Assembly (NCBI GenBank): GCA_030141605.1
Contig: JAQGDQ010000128.1
Coordinates: forward strand, 434,001-498,000
Direction of reading: 5' to 3'
DNA length: 64,000 nt
Origin: Tubiluchus corallicola
Taxonomy: Eukaryota > Animalia > Priapulida
The notes under the pieces are model-generated. The model did no database searches and was not told the DNA's origin. It saw only the letters and a program-made list of their open reading frames with translations. Shown here piece after piece: positions 51,701-62,100 of this stretch. The translations under genes were made by a program, and so were the position numbers. Position 1 is the stretch's first letter, and each line of letters begins with the position of its first letter.

Positions 51701-54700
51701 ATTGTTTTCACGTCGCTCACTGAGACTTTCCCCGGAAAGATCAATCCCGGAGAAAATAATCTGGGGGCGCGACTTGAAAAAAACATCAGAATTGTCCCAG
51801 AAGACGATGCCATTTTTGAGTTGTGCAAACTTTTTATTTTTCTAGAATATAAATTGCACTTTTGAGTTAGGCAAAGTAAATTACATGTATTTTGATTAAA
51901 TGGACCATAATTTTTTATCTGAGTTGGGCAAAATTTTGAGTTACGCAATGTTTTTTGTGGGAAAAACAAAGGATTTCATCTGTTCTGCTGAAATCTTTTG
52001 AGTTGGAGGAAAATTTGAGTTATGCAATTTTGAATTAAGCGGAGATTACTATATTTCGCAGTTGGATTCTTTATGCCAAAGTTGAGCTAACTGTGGTGTA
52101 GAATTTTTCAAATAAAATGATAGTAACAAATTTCTTGCAATAACTTTTATGAAACTCACAAGCATAAGGCAAAATGCACTAATTAAAACTAACCTGGTCA
52201 ATAGCACACGGAATGAGACACGGAATATCTGTCTTATCTCCAAATATTTGTGGAAATGAGTTGCTAAATGAGGTGACTGCTTGTATTGCAGGAAAACTGA
52301 TCTTGCCAATGCAATCACTTTCAGTAAATCCAAAGCACCCTTTGACTTGATTGAATGTGACACACTTTTGGAATCGTATCATGTTACGATAAAATGCCTG
52401 TGATGACCTATTATTAAACACAAAACAAATAATAGTATGATTAGACCAATTAGAAACACATATTCAAGGAATCATTGAAAAGTACGGTGAAAATCTGCTA
52501 GCCAAAAGCAAAGTTAGCCAGGTACAGATATATTAGCCAAACTACATTACCATTTACCATTTACTTATTGCATTAGAGAATTTAATTTCGTGTATTTTTT
52601 TTTAAATTTCTTTAGATTCATTGAAAAGTAGCCAGCAGTTTTCACTTTCGTATTACGTTAGCTCTTGCAGTGGAATGCAACCGTCATTTTTACACTACAC
52701 CCTAGCAACACTAATTTAAAAGTAACAGATGCTTATAAAAATAAAATTTTGTTTAACTGTTAAAAATTAACAGTTTGTGTATGCAACGCATTTAGTACTT
52801 TCAAAAAAATGATGTTATCACTTCAAATGTTCAAAAACTGTTGTACATAGAATGTGAGAAACTATGGCTATGTTGAAATTCAAACAATCCCATACCCTAT
52901 ATATTCCATGTCACTAAAAATGAATGTTTTCTCTACATCAAATCCGATGGCTATTATGTCTTTAGCATTTTCTACAGCCAGCCTATAAGCCTCATCAACA
53001 GTCAGGTCTCTCCACAGAAACTTCTCGTCATCAGTTAGCTGAATGATCAAAGGTACATCGAAGACATCTTGCAACCATCTAAATGAAACCAAAACTACAC
53101 CATCAGCAGCACTCTAATAAAAAATGATTACACAAAAAGCAATGCACAATATTATGAAATCACAAACACAAAGCTTGAGTTAGGTTACAAATTAATCAGA
53201 TTCTAAAATTCTGCTATGAGAGTACGTACTGTACACATGAGCTGTAAAAATTTTGGCCAGCCATAGGCTCTCCTAAGTACAAAGTCAAATTAAGTGTCAT
53301 AATGACTTAACGCTACTGGTGTACATACTGTATATAATGCAAAGTGTTCGAAAAATAAAAGACGCCAACGATCTTCATGGTTAATATCAGGTTAAAGTGT
53401 GTCACGGTATGAAGCGTACCAAGTTTAATTTGCATTGTATAAAGCCATCGAGGCCAAACTTTAAATACGCCAACATAGGGATTGTCTTGTATAATGAATA
53501 AACCTTTAAAGTCGAAGTCCTTTCCCTAATTGATATGTGCATTTCTTAGTCAACCACATCAATGGCAAACTGAAGAAAAGCAGGTTTAACTAAGGCTGCA
53601 GTGCTGCTGGGTCTCACACCGGAGCACCTCTGTAATTTTGGATAAGATTTATTGATTTTTGGAATGCTAAGTGGTTAACTTGGCCTTGTTTCTGCAGTGA
53701 TGTAACAATACTAGCTGCAATATAGTTCTAAAATTCTCCTCCTTAACAAAAGAATGCATTAAGATGGTTCTGCGATGCTCACATGTTTTTACAATGTATT
53801 TTCATTAAATTAATTTTACATGTTCTAATTCTTCAGCATGAGTAAATTTTCCACTTCATATAAGGTTTAAAAGATTTCTACTCCTACCAAAAAGTTATGC
53901 ACAATCGCGTACTATTTGGGTCTTTATTCTGATGCCATTATTTTATGCTGCAACTCCCGAAGACCAAATATAAGTCATACAACTTTTATAAGCTGAAAGC
54001 TGCCTTGATGCTGTCACGGTAAAGTTCTCCAAATACAGATCTAGAACTTGTGCCTCCACATTGTTATTCTCAAGTCATTATGCAAAAATGTGGCTATGAT
54101 CCTAAGTGCTGGTGTAGCTATACCAAAAATGTTCCACTTCACATGGTTTATCATTCTGACGTTTTAATACATTCAAATGTGTTTGCCATTGACACGTAAT
54201 GTGCACAGTTTTACGTAAACATGTGCTAAATAAATAATTTATAAAGCAATTGCCACCTAATTTTTGTAGCTTAAGTAATCTTCTTTCTGTGGCGTTACTT
54301 TTTATTAGTATGTATGTGAATGTCTAATTTTATGGCAATAAATGAAGCGATATAGTGAAAACAGGAATGTACATATATATATATATATATATATATAACT
54401 AATATAACAAATACATCATACGTGAAAAGACCAATTTTATGGTACAGAAACAGAGTAGGTCAGTACAATTCAATGTCTAGTGCAAGCACAGCACTTTAAT
54501 GCATAACAAATTAATAGTCACATTATTTTGGAATCAGTAAGTGGCACAAAATTAACAAAAGCACACACGAATATGTTTTTGTGATAGTGTTAAGCTGCTG
54601 AATTGTTAAGACAGCTTATTAAGCATAATGCAACTTACTTAGTAAACATAAATGGAATCAAGTGTCCCAGATGCATGGCACCGGATGAAGGACCTCGGCC

Positions 54701-56870
54701 AGTATACAAAAAGAACGGCTTCTTCTCTTCATACCTGGTTAAAATCCTATTCAGATCTCTGTAATAAACCAAATAATTTTAAATGTAAAATTTGGAATTA
54801 ATTACTTTTAGGCACCATATTAGAATGATCATTTCAACAGTAAAGATCTATTGCATCAAATATGTATTAATTAACTAGTATTACAAATAGAAACACCACA
54901 ATTTAAATATGTTCATAAAAACTTTGTTGTCATTGTTTCAATTTGCAATACAGCATTCCTAAACATACTGAAGATCCAGCTAAAACGTAGAAAGTTCATA
55001 AAAAAAGTAGCTTGTCACACGATAACTTATACAATATACATGTTAGTCATATATCAATGTAGCTCGTTTTACAGTAGCCTGGATGATAAAATGGCGGTAC
55101 TAGCATGATTATGTAGGTTTGCATGTATTATTACTATGTGTACGAGTTTATACTGTGTAAATTAAATTGCATAGTAGTAAACTTGCTAACCCACACACTT
55201 TGGAATAAATTCAACAATCTCAACAAATTTATCTGTAAGCTTTTGTGCTAAACTAAACTTGTACAGACAATCGTAAACTTATAACCTACATAGCAGAAGT
55301 CTGACTGACGTGGCGTAGCTAACGAGGCAAAGGGGGCGGTCCAGCATGGGTGGCACTATCATCAAATGCACTGAAAAAATTGATTCTGTCGGAACAGTAA
55401 AAAGGCAAAACATCTGACAAGTAAATTTTCCATGGAAACCCTGTACATTCTGTAGATTGGGACAAAGGAAGAGGATAATTAGTAATTTAACATGTATTTG
55501 TTGTTGTATTCTATAAATCCGAAGAGTCCAGTTCAAGTTTATAACATTTAATTATATAAACAACACGTAAAAGCTTAGTAACAAGCGGCTGCCAAGATCC
55601 AATCACATGGTCAAAAGTATAGCTACTCCAAAGAGACTATATAAATGTAAAACTTCTATAAGTTAAAAGATTCATATCCTAAACAACATGTATCACATGT
55701 TGTTTAGGTTATGAACACTGCTATATCTGTCACATAGTTTTTTGTTGCTTTCAAAATTTCTGCACAGTAACTGTGATATACATTTAAATTAAATAATCAT
55801 GCTCTTTTCTACTTGAAAAAAGCCTTTGAGCATCATAACTTTAAAAGCATGTAGGGTGAATTTATTTCTTCACTAACAATTTTTTCCATTACTATAAGAC
55901 CTCAATTATCCGGACACCTGCTATCTGGACCAACATATCTGGACTAGATAAGAAAAACTGCTATTGACAGTTTTTATCCATTTTAGCCTAAAAGGTTAAG
56001 GTTAACCTATGGACAGACCAGGTGTTCTGATCTGGGAACAGGACTTTGATCCCGATAATCGAGGGGTCAAACTCAAGTCCAGCTCCAGGTGCCGCAAGCT
56101 CTAGCTATGCCACTGAGATCGGCTTCACAAACGTTATGACTTAAGGATGACGTACAATTACATATAGAGGTCTGACTTCCATCCAAACTGCCTTATCATC
56201 ACCATTCAGTTCAGAACCAAATGTGACCGTACCTTGACAACTGGTCATACTTAACTGAATGATGTCACCGAACAGCTAACATACTTTAAAGGCATTGAAG
56301 GGCATTTTCAGTACAGACAAAATGAAATAACACAACTTACCGATGTGAGAAAAAGATTCCACGTCTGAGTAAATGATGAGCTTTTTGCCCAGTAACTGTT
56401 TCAAATCTTCGTATGAGTTCATCATCAATTTTTGAGCTACCAAATCTCTCTGTTAATAAAGCAAGCAACAAAAAATTTCAGCAATACTAACCCAAAATAA
56501 AAACCCCAGCCCTGGAACTTTGCTAGCATTAAAAACAATGACGAAAAATTCCCTCACACAATTCACTCTCAAAGTTATCAGCATTCTACTCAGTCAACTT
56601 GAAATATGCTTGAACTGAGTAGCTCCACCCAAAACAAACACTCGAGAAAGACACTCACTGCATGAATAACAAGTAATAATTTACTCCCTGGAAGTAAAGG
56701 CCCATCATATCCCATCAAAAAACTGCGAAAATGAACATACTTATCAGTTTGTCATAATCAACGCCTTTCTCCGACGAAGCATGAACCTCCCACGGGCTTA
56801 CAAAATCTTCATCTTGGTCATCGGCATTTAGCGACATTTGATTCAATGATTCATGAACCTCATTAGCCAT
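48723..56870 (-). CDS. WARS1: Tryptophan--tRNA ligase, cytoplasmic, 409 aa, no N-terminal WHEP domain
   Basis: Minus-strand exons: 56870-56741, 56449-56341, 54758-54639, 53078-52896, 52407-52194, 51146-50973, 49856-49716, 48881-48723, summing to 1230 nt. Motifs [56 protein letters not shown]. Confidence 0.95.
51441..52051. mobile_element. Tc1/mariner (Tigger-like) MITE in a WARS1 intron
   Basis: TA-flanked imperfect TIRs CAGTAAACTCTGCATAACTCAAA versus reverse complement TAGTAATCTCCGCTTAATTCAAA. Repeated TTTGAGTT subterminal motifs. Confidence 0.7.
54374..54397. repeat. (TA)n microsatellite
   Basis: About 12 TA units. Confidence 0.9.
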
Positions 56871-57454
56871 ATCAGTTATTTAAACTACCTGTAAATGACA
56901 AATGATATCGCCACTCGCTCCATATTGTAGACGAATTTAATCTCTGCTTATAAACCATTCTGCTCGCAAAAACATTACTTGCAAATTCTTATTTTAGAAC
57001 TAACTGAAACTGGTAAATACGCTATCATGAATTCTATTTTTTCTGGCATTAAAAAGCTATGACAATTTAGTTGCCCGCTGCAGAAGAAAAAGTTCTCTCA
57101 TTAGAATATACCACTCTGAAGTGATAAACAGTGAAGCATATAAACATTATACAAGTGCTACACTGTTTTGATTTGGAAAATCAGCACAAGTCTAATATTG
57201 TTATTATTAACAAAATCTTTAGTATTACGAAAAGCACGTGCATGAATTATACAGCACCATTTTTGTACACTGTGAGATTTGCATTTCTAGTTAACATATA
57301 AAAATGCAGAAGTATTTATGATAGGTAGGCTGATGTATACAGAAAAAAATCTGCATAAATCTTAATTCTGATAAACAAAAAACTGATTCAAAAAGTGCAA
57401 GAACACCCAGAATTTGAAATGCAATGTCAACACACCTACATGACTGAACAGAAA

Positions 57455-57492
57455 ACAATTCAAACACCAAAGTGTTGTAAGTTTATTGTACA
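57455..57492 (-). terminator. WBP11 polyadenylation signal
   Basis: Minus strand reads TGTAC-AATAAA (57487-57482) followed by GT/T-rich TTTGGTGTTTGAATTGTTTT, about 400 nt after the stop codon. Confidence 0.6.
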
Positions 57493-57888
57493 TAGTACTG
57501 CATGTGGCATATCACGTTTGCATAAATAGCATTTACTAATACTAATACTTATATTTCAGTTACTCTGTCATCTGTCAGTTATCGTGGTACAATAAAAAAA
57601 CGCTATGGACCAAAGTATTTTTTAAAACAAACCTTCTGCAATCATTCGTGTTTCATGAAATCGTGTACTAACTACAGCATACACAAAAACACTGCTTAGG
57701 GTTATAAATAACAGAAGCTCTTAAATGCTACTCCAGTAAATTTCAAAACGACACTGTAATGCTAAATCATTATTGTAAAGTACTGTTTACAAGCAACCAA
57801 ACATCTAGTACTGAAAAATAATATTTACAAAAATTTACATCGAAAATCAATAATTAGAACTTTAATTTCATCATTTTATATTTCATTT

Positions 57889-59544
57889 TTACAAGAAGCT
57901 TTCCATTTCTTTCATAAATGTATCATAAGCATCGTCCTTTGTTTTCACATTAGCTGGTGTTTGACGCATAGCAGTCACACCTCTAGTTTCCTCAAGTCCT
58001 AAAGCAGAAGGTTTCTGGGGCTTTTTGGTGGATTTCGCATCTCGCTTGACTTTTAAAGCTGTGGGTGTGAACCTTGTCACATCTTGTATTGAACTACGAA
58101 TTTGAGGTTTAGCTTCAATAGTTGCTGAGCTTTCATCTTCTTTTTGTTTTGGTCTGCTAATCAGACTAGGTGGTGCGGATAATATATTAGGATTTGAAGT
58201 TGAAGGTGGCATCATATGTGGAGGTATGATACCAGGAGGAAGTACGGGGGGTGGGCGCATCATGCGAGGTAGTGGCAATCCAGGAGGACGAAGAGGGGGT
58301 GGGCGCAGACTTGTTGGCAAGCCTGGAGGTGGACCAGGTGGCATACCAGCAGGCCGTCCAGGTGGAGGCCCTGGAGGAAGCAAGCGTGGAGCAATCCCCG
58401 GTCGCAGTGGAGGTGGCCGATTAAACATAGGTGGCAAAGGAATTCCAGGAGGGAGACCAGGGGGTGGCCCTGGAATTTCACCCTCAATAACATCAACTCC
58501 TGGAGGTCTCAATGACTCCTCTTTAGGTGTCTTTTCTTCATCAACAGGAATCATTGGAACTTGTTGCCCTGCCATTTTTAACATTTTTGCTTGCAATGAA
58601 CCTACAGCTGGTTTAAATTTAACTCTTGTGTCCTTTTCTTCATCCTCTGGATTCCAGCTGTCATCATCTGCAAACCGGATAGTCCTTCCTTTAGCGACAG
58701 TATTTTCATTAACATTTTCTTTTCCAATATCTTCTTTGGCAGCACTCTGTTGTTTTAGCAACATAGCTGTAGCTTGCTGACGCTCTTCTAACAAGCGCTC
58801 ATACTCCTTAACAGGGTCATATGCTTCGTCATCATCATCTTCAATTAAATTCTCATCAGGCCCACTAACTCTATCTTCTTCCTCGTCATCATCATCAGTT
58901 GAATAATCACTAAGTTCTGGAGGCATGCCAGGTGGCGCACCTGGTGGTTGTCGTTTTTTTGCTTTCTCAATTACATTTTGGGGAACAGGTCCTGACGGAG
59001 GGCCAGGAATACTGCTCGTCTTTTTAAGTATACCATGCGGCTGCAGAGCTGGCAAAGGAATATCTCCTGGGAAAAGATGTGCATTGGATGCCTGAAGATC
59101 AAGTGCAGTGCTGTCAATAGGCAGAGGAATCTCCTCCAGCTGTACCCGTTGTGCTGATTTTACGGCCTCATAATAAGTTATAAGTTCATTGCGTTTTTTA
59201 TTGTAGTCTCCTTCGAGGCGTCTCAGCACAACATACATGTCAGGATCTTCTTTCTCATAGAGTCTAAGAACTCGATCAAACGTTTCCTTAACCTTCCTCC
59301 TCTTGTCCTTCAAAACTTTCTCATTCAAAACAGGTGGATTATTTGGATCATATTCCATTGCATCAAGTTTTTCCAATTCTACAATCAAAGCTTGTGGATC
59401 TTTGCCTTTAAGAACTGCAGTTCTAACAAGCTGTCGCTGTTTCTTATTCTTTTTCAATTCTTTCTTTCGAGCTTCCTTGCGAGCTTGGTCAGTTGGATTC
59501 ATAAATTTACCACTTTTAGTGGTATTAATTGATCGTCTGCCCAT
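57889..59544 (-). CDS. WBP11: WW domain-binding protein 11 (NpwBP/SIPP1), splicing factor, 551 aa, single coding exon
   Basis: Conserved start MGRRSINTTKSGKFMNPTDQARKEARKKELKKNKKQR. ILKK motif, RTIRF/RVKF PP1-docking-like motifs, proline-rich PPGPPPG tracts and C-terminal TKDDAYDTFMKEMESFL. The true ATG is at 59544; the ORF track starts at an upstream GTG. Confidence 0.95.
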   Translation of the reverse strand: MGRRSINTTKSGKFMNPTDQARKEARKKELKKNKKQRQLVRTAVLKGKDPQALIVELEKLDAMEYDPNNPPVLNEKVLKDKRRKVKETFDRVLRLYEKEDPDMYVVLRRLEGDYNKKRNELITYYEAVKSAQRVQLEEIPLPIDSTALDLQASNAHLFPGDIPLPALQPHGILKKTSSIPGPPSGPVPQNVIEKAKKRQPPGAPPGMPPELSDYSTDDDDEEEDRVSGPDENLIEDDDDEAYDPVKEYERLLEERQQATAMLLKQQSAAKEDIGKENVNENTVAKGRTIRFADDDSWNPEDEEKDTRVKFKPAVGSLQAKMLKMAGQQVPMIPVDEEKTPKEESLRPPGVDVIEGEIPGPPPGLPPGIPLPPMFNRPPPLRPGIAPRLLPPGPPPGRPAGMPPGPPPGLPTSLRPPPLRPPGLPLPRMMRPPPVLPPGIIPPHMMPPSTSNPNILSAPPSLISRPKQKEDESSATIEAKPQIRSSIQDVTRFTPTALKVKRDAKSTKKPQKPSALGLEETRGVTAMRQTPANVKTKDDAYDTFMKEMESFL

Positions 59545-59589
59545 TTTTACGTGTTCCTCCCAATAACAATTACCTCTACTCAGTCTCAC

Positions 59590-59626
59590 CTTTTCTCTAC
59601 TGCAGCTTTTCACTTCTTAACTCTTC
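59590..59626 (-). other. 37-nt purine-rich non-coding exon segment, possibly shared by WBP11 and WARS1
   Basis: ttgtttgttttcag|GAAGAGTTAAGAAGTGAAAAGCTGCAGTAGAGAAAAG|gtgagact has a strong acceptor, a strong donor and no ATG. Confidence 0.6.
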
Positions 59627-60679
59627 CTGAAAACAAACAAAAAGGTCTCAACAGACCAATACACTTACTTTATTATAACAGATATTTGTTGCCCACACTT
59701 TGGTTAACAAGAATTTCAAAAGTCTCACAACTACCGTTACAATTTTGCAGCAAACCCATATACATAAATAACAAAGCTCAGAACTTACTCGTGCCAAGTT
59801 TTCACTGTTAAATGCAAAATCTTTTCGCTGTCTTCAAATAACAATGCATGCATAATGAAAGAATATCAATTGATTTCAATTATGCAAACTAACCATTTTA
59901 CCCCACAAAGCTACCAGAGATATTAAAGGACAAGCTGTCGTTGACAAAACATGTACTTCCATTAAAGACCATAATGGCTTTTTCACACTCTCTTCAGTAA
60001 TTATGTGCATGTTGATGACTGGTGCAACACGAAATCAATGATTGGTTTATAATTATTGACAGTATCATAAAATTTAAGCTACACACTACATCTGTTAACT
60101 CGGATAAAAATACATCAATGACTTGATGTCAAAGAACTCTCAAACTGTGCAAAAGTTTCTTGTACTTTTTGTGGTTGAGCTACCGGAAAACAAAGATCTC
60201 ATCATCTCTGTACAGATTCCAACACAGTTGCAGTGTGGGTAATTATTAAAGTAATTGTATCCAGTAGAAAGTAACCACTGCAGTGCTTTTTAACTTTTAG
60301 AAAAAATATTAACAACTCTTCATGCAGATTTCATGTATATTAATTAGCACTTTACTAAGTGAGGATGCATGCTCGGATAAACTCTATCTATCTGTCTATG
60401 ATCATGTAATGGCACTCTCCTACTCAGTGTGCCATTAGCAACACCTTCACAGAGCCTTGAGCAATGATGGACAGCTCCACTTTGAGCATGCTCAGTAATT
60501 GCTGACTGTACAATTGTATTCATTTACATAATCAGCAACCTATCTAAGAAAGCTAGCAGTGTATCAGTTACTGCCAACACCACTGCATTTGTACATAACC
60601 ATATTGTTATGTCAATAAAGTGTTCATTTTAGTACACACCTTGGTATTTGTGCAACTCAAATTACACTCATTGTCAAGA

Positions 60680-61512
60680 GCGGAGTAGGACACTAGCCGA
60701 AATAGGACAATTGCCGTACATGGGCTAGCCCAAGTAGGGCGCGTTGTACACGAGCTGCCCAAGCAAGACACAGAGAGGGTTCACGCATTGAGTTGTTAAC
60801 TGTAGTGGCAGCATCCGTTGTCCTTGTTTATCATATATATTAATTTCGGTGGTATATTATATATATATATAACCGTCGAGGCTACAGCTCTGACGACGGC
60901 ACCATTTTCGGCGATCTATACATCAAACGAAAGGTCCGGACTCACAGATTTGCCTTAGGAATTTAATAATAACAATGGAAAGTGTCAATACATCATACAA
61001 TTCATTACACATCTAATAAAATAAAAGAATCGTATCCTGAGTTAGTCAAACGAGCAATATTAAATTTGGCTTTAAGATCAATCTTTTTGAAGTGAAATAA
61101 GCTGCTTTTTAGGCGATTCCAACATCTGGTTAAGGTATATCATTTTTATTTTGTCTCGCTTCACAGACAGGTGATCCATTTCACTATGTGAACAAAACGC
61201 ATGTTTTTGATCTTGCAAACTGGCCCTTTTTATTGATGCCAGCTTGCTTGCTGATTTGGTGAATCGTGTGTATCCGCGCTATGAGACCAAGCTGACAGCA
61301 ACTCAGCCAACTAACACAATTTTTATTAAAATGAAGAAACTTTCACAAAATTTTTAAAAATTTGACAAAATTCTCAATTCTCTAAAGTTAAAAGACTGAG
61401 AGAAATCGCCAGTGCCCTACTTGGGTTGCCTACGCACCACACTGTTTTTTTTGCAAATTTACAGCATGCGTTTTAGTGCAAGTGTTTTACTTCGGCTAGT
61501 GGCGTACTCCAC
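60680..61512. mobile_element. Degenerate TIR element (MITE, superfamily unclear)
   Basis: GCGGAGTAGGACACTAGCCGAAATAGGACAATTGC matches the reverse complement of the right end, GTGGAGTACGCCACTAGCCGAAGTAAAACACTTGC. A second inverted pair is CCCAAGTAGGGC/GCCCTACTTGGG. No clear TSD. Confidence 0.55.
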
Positions 61513-61947
61513 GTCCTTTACTATAATACCGTGGTACAATTAAGAATCTTTTCAGTGTTTTAGACAGGCTGAACCTTGTCTAATTCTTTACTTAGTCATT
61601 CAAAGTTTTTCGCTGTCAATTACTCTGATTTGCGCTTCTCTAATGCCTGCTTATGTCGGACAAAATTTAAGCCAAATGCTGCCATCTGGCAACGAAAATA
61701 ATATGAAAACAATTTACACTTCCTTTAAACATGGACTTCAAAAATGAGTTTTTTCTTCTAAACAAGAGACTTTCGCTGAAACATTTTGATAAAAAATATT
61801 TCCATCATGATGTATCACACCGATTTGAAAACTGAAGTCTATATTTTGTCAAACCCATGCTAAAGTAAAAAGACGATTACTGTGTATTTCAACCACTCTC
61901 TTAACTGAAGACCGAGACATCATATTAAGCTTTAACTAATTACTCAC

Positions 61948-62100
61948 TTGTACACAGGAGGGCAGTAAAAACGGTTTTTGAATTACCCAAATCAAATAAT
62001 TAATACTTAAGTAAGTAAAAGCACATGGAACTCCTTACTTTTAGTAGCAAGAGCATTTCAACATGGCTGCGTTTACAGCGGCTATGATTGGATGACTGGG
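61948..62100 (-). promoter_or_regulatory. Candidate promoter and first non-coding exon for the WBP11 (and WARS1) transcript
   Basis: Minus-strand CCAAT at 62091-62087 and YY1-like GCAGCCATGTTG at 62070-62059. Donors follow: AAA|GTAAGG (exon end 62039) and CAA|GTGAGT (exon end 61948). Confidence 0.5.

Noticed and set aside
51610-51969. ORFs of 119 and 69 aa in a WARS1 intron
   Set aside because: Internal to the 51441-52051 MITE, with no protein motifs.
58226-58780. 184-aa Gly-rich ORF on the + strand, and ORF 59303-59566
   Set aside because: Antisense shadows of the Pro-rich and Lys-rich WBP11 codons.
59545-59613. 23-aa N-terminal extension of WBP11 in the ORF track
   Set aside because: Starts at GTG. 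The conserved WBP11 start MGRRS is at 59544.
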